From Lingula anatina (taxonomy: Eukaryota > Animalia > Brachiopoda): DNA of 64,000 nt. Shown here piece after piece: positions 15,266-29,093 of the stretch. Below the pieces are notes generated by a model. That model worked only from the letters and a program-made list of their open reading frames with translations. It was not told the origin of the DNA and ran no database searches. The stretch lies in contig CM120646.1 in assembly GCA_051362555.1 (NCBI GenBank), forward strand, positions 8,060,001-8,124,000. The letters are read 5' to 3'. The position numbers and the translations under genes are program-made. The first letter of the stretch is position 1; each line of letters starts with the position of its first letter.

Positions 15266-18200
15266 ACGTCCATACAAATTTGCAACGTCCCAATGAAAAA
15301 TTATGCTTTAATCAGCGTTGGCTTGTAGACAAGTTATCTCAAAATGTATTTCATAAATGCTGAAAAGAGGTAAAGGACTTCCTTGAACTTCAACTGAAAC
15401 CGGATTATCTTATACTTATAAGGAATTCATTTCATATTAGTGCGTCTTTAAATTTCGTCTTGTGGGCAGCCTGGGCTCTTGGAGTGCATTCCAGCTCATA
15501 TCGAGTTATAGGTACGACACGCCTACTATGGCACGTAACATAACAACAGTGCACCCCAGCGAGAATTGTAAGGAAAAAAATCCTATTCGCTTTCCAAATG
15601 AAGATTAATTCTTTTGAGAACCAACCTCCTGCAGCAACCACTGAGTGTGCCCTATTATCGTCTTAGATGATTTAATAGGGAAAAGGGTGATTTATGGTTT
15701 TACTGGTCCCCTTGTCGTTCACTGGAAAATGCGTTAACAATACTTCTTTATAAATAACACTCGTTTTTTATGATAGCCTGTATTTATCAAGTTACCTTAA
15801 TAGCTCATTTATGTATAAAATATGATCGTTGATCGAGCAAGTTATAATTTTAGTTACTGTTAAGGGCCTTCCAGTTTGACCAGCTGCAATGGTGGGCAGT
15901 AAAAAAAGTATCCAACCACAGAACCTCAAACCATGCACTTGCATAATTTCTTTAATTTTACAAAACTAAACAGTTTTGCAACCTGTTTATGTTTTCTAAA
16001 GAAAAACCACATGTCAGTGAATAACGTGGCGTTATTACACGGTTCTGATGTAGTCTAAAGTCATCTGATGGTATATCTCCTTGTCTAACTGCACCCTTTC
16101 GCCACAACATGCTGGTGTACAAGTTGCTATAAAATATTACCATGAAATATACCGCCACTTTTTCGCATTGATTGACATTCTATCCTTGGGCTTCTGAGGA
16201 AAGACGGAAGACATTGTACGTGGCTATGTAAAGCAAAATGCTGCTAAGGACACCTTGACAATATATATACACAACGGCTCGCTCACTTTAGGCTACGTGA
16301 ATGACCCCAGATGAAAAACATTAATCACTCTACATGGACGTACACGATATGGATTGGTCACGAAAAGAGCGAACTTACGTCTAGGTAAAATAAACTCAAG
16401 TAATATACGTTTTGTTCCCCATGGTACAAGAACATATGTGTTCTAGTCCTTTTTACTAACTTGTCTTAATTTTAAGCAGCCGGGTTCGTAATTTGCTATA
16501 ATAGCCTACTTAATGGCAGATAACGATACATCTTATTCTCATCGGTTCTAAAATATGTACGCATAAACAAATTTCAACTATGCCAATAACCCCAAAAGGC
16601 AAACAGCCAAAAATGAGAGGGTAAACATCATGTCTTCTTTTCACCTTCAACAAACACATTTTTGAATAGTAAACAAACGGTGCCATGGTAACGCTGGGCA
16701 CAATTCACAACCACCAGGTCAAACCTTCGTTACGTGATAATCTTACCTTATGTCTGTTGACGGTGATTTCCAAAGCCCTCAGACAAACCGCTGTGTTTCC
16801 CTCCGCCAACTCACATCCCGTCGGACAACTCTAGCGGTTTTCTAATAAACGTTTTCTTCACAACGGCTCTGGCATATAATGACAGCCGCAGTGGGTTATC
16901 GAGGCATTTTTCAATGCATCATACGCATGCCCAATCACTGTCGTCTGCTTGAGAAATTGGAATAAGCATGCCACAGAATGGTTTTCATCTATTGTAACGT
17001 AGCAATCACATCCAAAATGGCCTTGGTAGGACGCACGGACTACATAATGCGCCGTCTTAATGGACTTAATGTCTTGTAACAAATCGTTACAGACAACGTC
17101 GGAAACACATTTTCTTTAAAGACATCAAATGTGAGCTTCCGTCTAACAGGTTGTTTCCAGGTGTGGGTTTCCTGGAATCTTGGAGGATTTAATGTCATGT
17201 CCAATGTGCTTTCCGTCCATCTCATCTATTTTCTTAGGCTCCATGGCGTAGGGGTATATTAAACAGAATAAATACAAGCTTCCAGCTACATGTTAATTAT
17301 GAATCAGATAGTAAAACTGCGTTATCACTACGGGATGCTACGACACGCATGTAAACTGATCGAGCCTTTTTTTTCTTCAAAATGTGATTCAAAATATACA
17401 TCCACCCGCACAACAAGTCTGCAGATATGTTGACCTGATCCGCATTTATAATGTTTCTTTTTTCAATATTAACATTTAGATACTGATGTAAGAAAGTATA
17501 GGCCTACCTTCATTTACTCTTTCATGCAGGTTCTTATCAGTATGTATGTACATATTGAAACATTACTGTGCTTACATAACCATTTGTTACTGGCTTTGAA
17601 AGTATTTGCTTTAAAATATCTATATTTCAAATAACTGAGAAGAATTGGAGGCGCACGTCAGTCCAAAGAACGAAACAGCCCTCTGGCGAAACGCATTGAT
17701 TTTTCCTCGTCTTACAACAAACAATAATATGAGCATATGTCTGAATTTGCTTCACGAAGTTCGTTCAAGCAGCACTGGAGAACAGTGACTGGTTATAAAA
17801 TAGCTTCAAACAAAAAAGAAGATTTATCAAATGGCTGTGTTATCAGATTCACTGTTAAAGTCAGGCGATCTGGCTTGCTTTGAGCGGTTTCCCGTATGTA
17901 TTTGTCGCTAAAGGGAATAAGGGTTTGAACAATAGAGAATTGGAGGTGCGAGTAGGTGTTTCGGCTCAAAGAGATAAGCAACAAACTTGATGGCAAGCGT
18001 AAAGAAGTCTTTAGGTTGGAAATAAGTCTAACTTAGCTATTAAACTTGGTATGTGTTAGCTGACATAAAAAGATATATGCCGGTAATCGACATGCAAAAC
18101 GACCATTTTCCCCAATTGTTTTATGATTACAATACATGCTGCGAACTACAAATAGAAGTTTTAGTGCTGTGAAAACGTGCAATGTCCGTGATCAATCATG

Positions 18201-18457
18201 GTTTATAAAGTCGTAGTTTTATTGTTTTAGCCACATTCTGCTTTCCTTAAGAAGCTTATTTTACACGCTGGTTTGTTCCATGCACTGAGTTTAATAAAGT
18301 CCTCGTTTAATCCATTCCCAAGTCGCTTTTGGTTGGAATGCGTGAAAAAATAATCATTCTTATTCACAATCCGTGCTAAAATACAAATTGCTACTTATGG
18401 GTGTCCTACGTAAAGATATAATCATTTTTTAAACACTCACCCTCTCAACAAACAAGC

Positions 18458-18460
<3 letters not shown>

Positions 18461-18489
<29 letters not shown>
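18461..18489. repeat. (GA)n microsatellite
   Basis: Direct reading. Confidence 0.97.
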
Positions 18490-18493
<4 letters not shown>

Positions 18494-21400
18494 TCCTTAT
18501 ATGCAATTTGTAGCAATTTGCGTATTCATATATTGCATGATAACAGATTAATTTTGTTTTTCGTCTCTCTCGTTTTGCACAATTATCACAATAATACCAG
18601 TAAGATAGAGTTCTGAACGCATAATCATAAAACGTGTTTATCGAATAGGCGCTGAAACCAGTATGAAAGCTCAGCTGCACCTTTGCCCCGATTAAAACTA
18701 ATTGCTAAAATGGCACGACACCCTTGGTATATATGTCACTCCCTTGGTATCTTATCATTCAACACAGTCTAGCTTACAAGTCATAGACCAGCCCCGCTCG
18801 TATTCAGTTTCAAATTTTAAAGATGCCCCGTAAATCGAGTAATCACAAGTGATCATAATATTTAACGATTTTTCTGTAATTTACCCTCCAGGGGGTCGAA
18901 GATGATATGGAAAGGTCTCGATCGATTATAAGAGTGCACTGGAACGAATTTTTCTTCTAGTACTCTAGGTAGAAACTTGCAAGCAACTGTTCAATGACTA
19001 GGACTAGAGGTATCGGTTAAAGATGCGTGTTTATATGTATTTTTGATTTCACAGAAATGTTGTGTAAATTAAGAAAACAAAATATATTGCTGTCTGTGCA
19101 CATCTTCCCTGCTGTTGAAAAATGTAAACTAGCCATTTTAATAATTTTAGCAAAACATTTCCACAAATAACCTCTGTCGACATTGTATTCTTCATACGTC
19201 TTCAACACAAACTCCTTTTAAAATCAATGTGTCCACTAATTAAGCCTACCCAGGTAGGTACTTCGTGGATGTGGATGCGAACCTCGTTTAAAAAAAGGCC
19301 TTACTTAAATCGAACCAGTTTTGTTATGGTGTAAACGAGGCCAGAGTGATACCACCCAGAGAGAGCAGGATGCATTAAACGGTTTATATTTTATAATTGT
19401 AATGCAGAACCTTGTAGCGAGCAGGGTTCTATTGGATTTGCAATTTGTATTGATACTTTGGTCTGGGCAAACAATTCTAAAGGTCAAGCGAAGCCGAGGG
19501 AAACCGGATAGCGTTTTAAAACATGTGTCAGTGTGAGATAACTGGTACCAATAGCGCCGGCCGTTCTTCATTTACCACATGAGTAATGTGTTCCTCTTGA
19601 ACTTCCGCTCATTGAGAACGGGGCGTAATCCTCCCGCTTGCTCTCTCAAGACAGGTAGAGCTAATCTGCATTCCTTGAGATCCGATTGATTTGAATATCA
19701 GAGTACGGCTGTACCACTCTTATCTACTTTTTTTTTCTAAGAACGATCGAATTTTCCCAAGGACTTTGTACATGTCGCTGGGGAATTGGGCAGTGCGAAT
19801 GTAAGTTAGAAGTATCGCTTTGTGTTCTGTTATTAAGGCAGTAAATCTCCATCTGAAGCCTGATGGCAGGGAGCCTAAGCTTAAGTAACTTATTCCAATG
19901 CTAACACAGATTTCATCAATTCTTATGCCTGATACCTTATGCCTGTACACCTATTCCTGTGTTTGTGCATATGCAGCGCAGTGCCTTTTAAATGTGTACC
20001 GAAAAAAGCTTGCAGGTTATTCGAATATGGCTTGCTCACATTCTTTTCAAAAATGTGATACTCTCCCACAGGAAGCAATAACCAATTTCTTTTCCAAACT
20101 CAAAATCAAAATTGAAAGCTTTTTATCGTTTTTTAGTCAAGCAAAACTATTGTTTTATGCTGATATCACTTTAAACAAGGAAGACAACATCAAAAATACC
20201 AATTGCGCTGGCGAAAGGCAAACAATTTTTTACGAGTCTATGTATCAAACCATTGGGCTTTTCAAGTTTATTCACATTTATCTTGTTCAAAGACTTTGTC
20301 TCTTACGCATTATATTTCTATTATGGCTGGAAACACTTCAAATCGCCTCATTTGTTAATGGAACTGTCGCGTTATCTTTTCAATATTCATAAGACATAAC
20401 CAATAAACAAAATGGACATCCAGTGAGGTTTGCAGTGCCTGTTGCAATTTCAACCTTCCAAAGTGGTAAGTGAGCCGAGGACAATGTCCATTTTACAGGA
20501 ACAGGTTCCGTTATAAGGTATCTATATGGTTTGATTTGACATTAAGTGGCTCGGGATTTCTTTAGTGGTGTTTGTTCGCAGCAACGTTCCGTACTTGATT
20601 GTTCGGTCATGACGCACTCTTTGTCAGTAACGGTATTGTGTGAATAAAGCTCTAGAGCTTAACGGATGAAAATGCAGAAAGGAGGCAAAGGGTGTGATGA
20701 CATCTTGTCAACGTAACATTTTATACAAACGGGTCAATAACCTCTCGTTCACTCTGAATCTCTCCATTACATTTAATTGTTTTTATACACGTAATAATCA
20801 AAACACCTAGGCCTTATGTCATCATCTTGGTGTGAAAACGAATTTGTTGATAACGTTTTTTATGTCCAGTCCATGATAGTCATTTGACTAGTAAATTTAT
20901 TGCATTGCAAATGAGGTCTCCGGCATCGTTTCGATAATTAATTCATAGTCCTTCATTAATACGCTACGTGTGATACACTGTAACCTTTCTGATCTATTGG
21001 TTGCGTTCTTGTCTGTGCCTTATGCAAATGATATGCAGTATTTTTTTCTCGAAATTTTAACATTTATTCTTTTTCATTCGATATTGACTATAAAGATCCA
21101 GACGTGTCATGTCGGCATGGGGGGGGGGGGGGGTAGGGGCTTCACAAAAAACTCTCTTTTGTTCCTTTGATCTAGGTTAGATGAAAACAGGTTTCGTGGA
21201 TGAAATATCCACCTTTTCAAATGGACCCCCCCTTTCAAATTGATAGCTACAGGCGTGTTAAAGGTTTCCCAAGGTCAGTCAATTTGTTTAATTGCTCATT
21301 ATCAGGTGCAGGCAAAGTACGCACACCAAGTGGAATCCTCTAGAGATTTATACTGCAGGTTAGGACCAGAATCGGCATCGCAGATCTCCAGTTTTTTTAA

Positions 21401-23095
21401 ACACTGGATTGAGGTTCAATCCTCTCTGTTTTGTTTCAGAATTTAATTTGTTTTTTAATTTTCACTTGTTATTTTAGCCTATAAATAACACGGTCGCTAA
21501 TAATATTTCGACAATGTGGGAAGGGGGGTGTTAACATCTGGGCAACACTTTCCTCTCATCGTCCTAGTTTTATGTTAAAGCTATTGATCAAAATTAAATA
21601 GGAATTTTTAGCATTAACAAATAGATTGCATCGCTTTGGGTGGATGCCAACAACGACATGTAATTACGATTCCAAAATTATCTGCCCATACATGTATGTA
21701 ACTTTTAATAGTATTACAATGTTAGAAAACTTTTAATGAAAAAACATTCTTTACGTAGAGCACATGCCAATCGTACTAAAAGAAAAACCCTGTCAGGTAA
21801 AGACAAATAAGTATACGTAGTAATTTATGCGATATGTCGGTCAGGGTGGTCCACCGATTCCGTAATTTTTGAAAGACCATACCTGGAAGAAACAGTAAAC
21901 ATGTAGAGAAACTGAAAGCACCTTTACTAGTTCAATTACACCGACGAGGAATGTTAAACTTTCATATACCACGTTAAGAGAAATACCTGGGTTCAGACAA
22001 AAACAAACGTATCGATTCCGTTTCATAAAATAGGATTTCGGGATCAAGAAACGCCGTCCCTCAAGCTTAAAGCACCTACGCACAGTGGATGCATGCATCG
22101 ACGTTCGTCTTAATCTTTCATCAAGAGAAGCGGATTAAGTCGACTTTGACAAAGGCTTTGGGCGTCTGACAAACATCACCATTACCTAACCCATCTAGAA
22201 TAGGGATTATTCTTTTCCAGATGGATCGGATGCAAAAGATAAACGTTTCTGACATTCAAAAACCCAATTTAAAAGAAACTTTTGTTTAATGTTAGCCTTG
22301 TTTCTAATAAAATGCCAATTTCGGTTAAATAATATACAGTGTTTATTGCGCCTTGATGTTCTTCAATGCAATCATTGAGAAAAACATGCAATTTCCTTTC
22401 GTTGTTTTTATTGACTTAATGTTAGCTTTGAAATTATTGTCTCTGGCAAGTAGACCTCTTAGAGGCAAGGTACATCTCTTTGGGAAGATGTCAACATAAC
22501 CCCCATAACAAAACCCAAGCAATTTGCCGACAAGAAACAGGAAGTGGATTAGTAGAAGTAGAAGCAAGCGCATATCATTTCTAATCCAGGATGTTAAAGA
22601 AAACAGCTGATCAGTTTTCACATAGCCAGGCACTTCGGAATAATACAAATTCCACGTACTGGAAAATGAAGATGGGACACATTTCTTCAAATTGACATAA
22701 TGAAAGAAGTTTCACTGGAAACAAATACACTACTGCAGCGTTGATTAGGTAGAGTTTCCGCTAAGGAATATGTCGTGAACTATCCACCCTTCACACTCAC
22801 AGGTTTATCCACAATGATAATCTGTTTGTTTTTTTTTTTTTTTTTCTATGTTACTCGCCGTTCTTCTACGAGTGTGTGACGACGCTGCTTTCAGCAGTTT
22901 CAATTGTCAAAGACACGTGCGCCCACAAAGTAATTCAAGTTTTAGTCAAAACAAAGATTTTCCGCCGCTGTGAACTCCAATCCACTATTTCCTTTTTATC
23001 TTGTGTTCATGGCGGCTTGCCCAGTATGGACCAACTAATTCAACGTAATCCTGTTAAACGCTTCTCCAGCCATAGATCCTGTGTTGAGATGCTTT

Positions 23096-23387
23096 AAGTT
23101 GGTCATGCATGACGGTTGACCGAATGTAACGCAACGAAACTATGGTCGCATTCAGAACAATGAACTAACTAGTCCGCTGGTCAAATATGGCGACCCATTT
23201 AAAAACTTGCCGTCTAAGCAGTTAGTAGACACTGAATAGATTCCCCGTGGGGAAGTATTCAAGTGGGTCGGCCATATTTGACCCTCGGACTAGTTAGTCC
23301 ACTGCTGTGAATGCAACCTAACATATTTCAAAGTTGGTCGTGCATGGCCTTTGATCGCATGTAACGCTACGAAACTAACATATTTCA
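23096..23387. repeat. Two-copy ~57 bp tandem duplication, first copy interrupted by a MITE
   Basis: Copy 1: aagttggtcatgcatgacggttgaccgaatgtaacgcaacgaaac[tat|MITE|taa]catatttca. Copy 2 (23331-23387): aagttggtcgtgcatggcctttgatcgcatgtaacgctacgaaactaacatatttca. Confidence 0.85.
23144..23318. mobile_element. MITE, PIF/Harbinger (Tourist)-like, 175 bp
   Basis: ~70 bp inverted arms: ggtcgcattca..actaactagtccg..ggtcaaatatggcgaccca vs tgggtcggccatatttgacc..cggactagttagt..tgaatgcaacc. Flanks are tat/taa, and the adjacent empty-site copy has a single TAA. Confidence 0.85.
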
Positions 23388-25640
23388 TTTTTATTTGATA
23401 TTATTGCAAAAACAAGGGCTAGTAGTCATTTTAATCTTATCAAAATTGAATTATAATTGAATTAAAGTGACATTAATTTATGAAATAAATTTTTCTTTAT
23501 TTAAAAAATTGGCAAAATTGAAAAGAAGAAATTGTCTTTACATCAGAGTTTAGGCTGAGGCAGACATATTCTAGTGATGTTAAGGACATTAGTATGAAAA
23601 CATTATATATAATTTACGTTAGTTCCAACACGTTTCATTGAACTGTATCAAAGGCAAATTTATCTTCCATAAATCATCTCAGCAATACAAAGTAATTGAT
23701 ATCAGAAAAATGTATGAATAATACAAATATACATTCACTAATGTCGTGTGACTGCATTAGTAATACTTAATAATACAATTCGTTCACTGTGAAGTGATAT
23801 TCGTCCATAACAGATATATCATAATTAATGCATTGTAGTTTTAGGATTGTCGTCATTGTTAGGACATAATTTTCTTGAGGACAAAGGAGCACCGATCAAT
23901 CATCACGTTTGGGAACATCAATTATCAATGCTTGCGCTTGTTCTTCAACAACCCCCTGGTTCGGATTGTGTAAGGTTAAGGGTTACTGCATTATTTATAT
24001 AGATAAATGTAATGTTTTGATTGATGTATCCGTTTTGATATAGACATCCTTTTACTGGTCTATACTAGGCAATCTACTTATTGTGATTACGTCAGAATCG
24101 TGCCACTCTGTACATAACCGAGAAGAATAATCCAGAAAAAACGAAGGTTCCCGAATACAAACGGAAATGACCGACGAAAGTTGAAGCTGATAACATGGTG
24201 AGTGCTTATGAAAGCATTCGTCTTAATTCAGGAAATTAAGATCGATGCAAACAATTAGCGTCGAGTATTGGCAACAGGTCCTGAGTTAAGCTACATTGGG
24301 ACGCATCACTGAGAATGGATTGGTGATCGAAACCAACGCGGTGCAAAACACCAAATCAAACACTTACTCCACCAAATAAGTTTGCGACTTTCTCTGGATA
24401 AAGAACTTAATTTTGTAATATTCGTCTACTAACAAAAGCATCGTTTTAAAAACAGAAAATTAATACAGTAAATGTAATTTGCCTTTATATCTTACAAAGC
24501 ACTCCGTATCGTAACATCGTCTAAGTCAAGACACCTGTAATAGCATCTAAACCATATACAACTTCAGTCGAATTGTGTAACAGAGCATTTAAAATGCTTT
24601 TCTAACAAGTTTCCTCACGTTACGTTGTTCGGGGGCAATTTATTTTACCTGGTCTTATATCATAAGCGGCAGAGCTGTAACTCACGCCCACTTTTATTAT
24701 TATGCAACGTTAATGTGCCTAAACAGAGACCAGCTGAAGTTTGGTACACACTCTCAACAACTGATATGGTGCTCAGATGCAATTTCGAATTAATTCAATT
24801 TCACATTGTACATTTTAATCTAATTCATAAAATGCCTATCAATGCGATATGTAGTGTTCATGGTATTAACGTATTGTATATAGCGTGTTTAGCCTTTGGG
24901 GGAATTGAATACTTTCCATAGACATTTCATCACGTACTTGCCAAAGCAGACCTGACTTATACCTTTCACGTCACTTAAATTCACCAAATATACCAAGGCG
25001 AACAGCTGCCAATATATCCTGTCAACTATTTTTTTTCAGTTTTTACAATTTTCAAGACCTGGCACAATACACAATTTTAAATAAATACTTTAAAACTGTG
25101 CCTTGTCTTTATTTTAAACTGTAAGTATGAATCCCCACTTTTTGCGACTATTGTCAACACTGAAGGACTATATTCAATCAATTCAGGCATTCAGTATCAT
25201 CTCCTCGGATGTTGTTATTCAGCGCACACGAAAGAATGACTTGACAATTAGCAAAGAAGCTGCTTTGTCAGATAAGAAGGCTCTTGAAACGACTGCACGA
25301 TGAAGTTACGACCGCATGACGAAGGACTCATAAATGGGTTTTCAAGAAAGAGGTGATTTGATACATATTTTACTGTTAATGAAAGTTGACATTAATCCTC
25401 AAGGAATTCTAGGTAATTCCAGGAAACACCTCAACATTTTCTAACAATTAAGTTCTTACCGGTAATAAACCATAATGTTAACATACATGTACTACACAAC
25501 ACAATGGCATTTGTTAGACAAACGCTCAATATACTCTTCCAAAATGCAGTGCACCTGATGTATGTGGATCATCTGTGTGATTGTCCACGAAGTTCACAAC
25601 TTAAACTTTCATAGAATTCCAGATGCGTGGGTTTGGCTAC

Positions 25641-25676
<36 letters not shown>
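25641..25676. repeat. (GA)n microsatellite
   Basis: Direct reading. Confidence 0.96.
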
Positions 25677-26751
25677 TCCTTACATTATATCTGAACCTCT
25701 TACCTAATAGCATCCAAAACTGTAATTGCTCTAGTAGAGAAGGATATATCCCAGATATTTCGTCGTATGGCTCTATATGTCAGGGAGATCCTATATATCT
25801 GATGGACCGCAGTGCAGCCTATATGTACGCTGTTGAGCGCAGTAGTTCTTGTCCCGGACCATTCATCTTGTTGACAGTGAGAGAAAATCATCAATATTAA
25901 GGTGAGAAATGGCGGGCTAAAGGTGAGAAAAGCGTGTCATTTCCTCTTGATCTGGGCGCCTGCACGACGCAAGGGGTGTCCAACGAAGATTGAAGAGATA
26001 TGATAATATTCAGCTTTCAAAACAGACGTTCAGATTTGCTAAGAATGTCCACAAAAATATTCAAACAAACTAGAACTACAGCAAACTCATGGCTCTGTCG
26101 AATTTGATTATGACACAATCTACACCCCATGCATTCAGCCAGACCATTGGGAAGCAATGGCAACTGGTACAGCAGTCAAATGGAGCTGAATCACCACCCA
26201 TAACATATGTATATAGTAGTAAATGTAAACATCAGATACCAACAAATTGTCCTCTTGCCTGGCAATAATCATCCCTAGATACCTATTGATATAGCCTAAT
26301 GAAAGACGAGGCAACTGTACAATTGAACTCGACAGCCCGCATTAGGCTGCTATTCAGTAGATGTAATGGCCAGTTAAGAACATAAATGACAAACCCTTAA
26401 AGAAGACAGTCAGAACCAAGGTACGGACATCTCTCTGGGAACCCCATTGAATGGATGAAATAAAGGTTTTATCAACACCACAACAATGAACACAAAGAGC
26501 TAAGCTTTAAAATGTATCTAGAATGGACAACCCCGTAGGTCAACTTTACCATGACCGGGTCTGCATTGTTAGGCCTTCTCTTCTTAGAATGCGATTGGAG
26601 ACGCCATTGTCTTCAGGATTTGTGTGACCCAGGGGCGACAGATTCCTACGTGTATAGTGGTTACCCAATAATCAAGCCAATGAGGTACCACATCCCCACG
26701 ACAAAAATATTTGCCCCATGTTTCCTCCATCTGTCGTTTCTCTTTCAACGC

Positions 26752-26847
26752 TAAATAAGTTATCGTAATAATGCATCTATGAAGACCTGTTTAAAAGATG
26801 TAAAGTTTACTAATCTTCATAGAGGTATCATTTTGACAACTTATTTA
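26752..26847. repeat. Imperfect 34 bp inverted repeat (hairpin or mini-MITE)
   Basis: taaataagttatcgtaataatgcatctatgaaga vs tcttcatagaggtatcattttgacaacttattta, 6 mismatches, 28 nt spacer. Confidence 0.65.
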
Positions 26848-28877
26848 TTTCTTAAAGATCTATACTGTGATTTGATATGAAACGTTTTTTACACTAAAAA
26901 AGCAAATCCATAATGTTTTACTCGATTTTCCAATCTTATACTTCTTTTCTCTGCAACGAGATAGTTTCTGGTTGCATGTATTTCATATATATTTAAATAC
27001 CTTCATAAACACAAGGGTTCTCATTATAAACCGCTATAAACGTATATAAACGATGGGTGCATAGCATATGGCTATTTCTGCTCGTTTACTCATTTTAGAA
27101 CGATACTTGTTACAAAATCGATGTTTTGACATGCACTGTCGTCATCATCCATATCCACTAACATAAGTTTATAGCATGCACCGCATAATGAGATTACTTC
27201 GAAGATTACGTTCAATACATTGATACTTAAATTGCCCCTATCCGTAGCGGAACAATCTATTCCATTTAACTTCGAACATTAATTATTCCATCCCAAGAAA
27301 CATATCAGGGGTCAAATACAAAGCTCTGTGGAGGCCATAAACAATCAGATGATTATATTTTCTTATATCGTACTTTTTGTAATTTTTGCTACCATAAGAA
27401 GCCATCATTTCCCTCGCAAGTTTGGAGTAATTAGGGTATAGTTAGATTAAAAAACATGTATGCGTGCATTACCACCCTCAGATGGCCAAATTGTCTGAAG
27501 ATTGTATGTTGATTTCGTTGCTATAGGAAATAATGCATCACAGTGTCTATGTTATAAATTGTCAATTGTTGAGGACGGTTGCAAGTCACGTACGTGATAC
27601 ATCTATATTTCTGCGTACTTAGAGCACCACAAAACTGTTCCAGCTAAGATAACATGGTAAAAAAAACTCACTGGGCTGTCACCGTAACCAGTCCCTATAA
27701 TCCCGCTAACAGGATATATCGATACTTACACTTAAACAGTTTCGCTCATTTGTAAATACACCATGTACTACTACGTGATATTATAACATACTACACGGTG
27801 AAAATCAAAATGACAAAAAAGGATGCTTACCGAACATACAAATTGGTAACAGGAATCAAACATACGTTAATGGCCGTCCCATTTAGCTGCTTAATACTAA
27901 ATTCAGAGTCATCCATCACGTATTCAAAACAAATCATCTATTTCAATTATTGGATCGTTTACATAATGTGGTCGACGTGTGGTGCGTTGTCCTTGTGACC
28001 TAAATTAAATATAAGTATGCAGAAGGCGTAATCCAATAAACCACAAAGTGATTTAACGGATTCGTGATTATATCATTATTGGAGCTAATATCCTGTGTAA
28101 TTAGCACGGTGATGATGTATTCATACCATTATTGTAGGGATTCAATGATTAGTCACGAAAAGAGACAATTGTATCTGGTTGCGCGGCTTTCATTTAGGAC
28201 ACCAATTATACTTGAGTCGCTTCGGTTTTTTAAAGTAAGCATAAAGTGACATATGCTGTCAAAAGTGTTTCCAGATAATAAGCTCCACGAATTTGATTGC
28301 TTCAATGTAAATTGAATCTAGAGTTTAATAAAGTACATTACATCTTATCTAAATGTTTCATTTTGCTTCTAAAAATTGATGCTGAAATTAGGTAAAGAAG
28401 TGCAATACCAGAATAATAAATTCGGTTGTGACCATTTGACAAAATAAACGAAAACGTTTGTATTAATATATTCACAAAATTAATAAACCAACCAACGAAC
28501 TAAGACGGCTAGAAGCATTAAGAAGATAAAAGAAGAGCAATTTGTTACGAACACATGGTTTCTTGATACATGGGGCACATTAACATAAGTGTACTGTTTT
28601 GTGAGCTGGGATCCCTGATGAGATAACGGACAAGCTAGGGAATCTAAATATCAAAGAACTAGGATGCAAATAAATTTACATGGCTCATTGATGACTTGCA
28701 GGCAGCAGGCAACTCTTTCCAAATCGGATTGATCTCGTCTTATCAGTTGGGCGTGTTACAAGAGTCGGTTCCAACAACCGCGGTAAATCTGAATAGCTTC
28801 CATTTATGGATTTTTTTACTGCTGAGACCAAGGAAAGTAGAAACAAGACACATCCATTTGCCCCAAGTGAGACAATT

Positions 28878-28893
28878 TCACGGGTGAACGCCT
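28878..28893 (-). CDS. Candidate terminal coding part of an exon (G-GVHP*), hypothetical spliced gene
   Basis: Strong acceptor tttccttcatctctcctcacag| at 28894; would close a 200 nt intron from the GG|gtaaga donor at 29093. Confidence 0.25.
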
Positions 28894-29093
28894 CTGTGAG
28901 GAGAGATGAAGGAAACCCACAAGAAACAGATTCAGACAAAAGATTCAAATGCTAGAGACAGACAGCTTTTATAAGGCCTCTTACGCCAGACTTAAATGTC
29001 AGTCATTACTGTAATAGTTTTCGACAATGCAGTCAGCTATTTTTCTTTCTGTTGGTTTCTGTTGGGTTGCCTCTCGGATGCTTTTCATCTTAC

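Noticed and set aside
28616-28650. CTGATGA hammerhead ribozyme core (also near 32671, 52275 and 56718)
   Set aside because: No stem II followed by GAAA with compatible stems I and III
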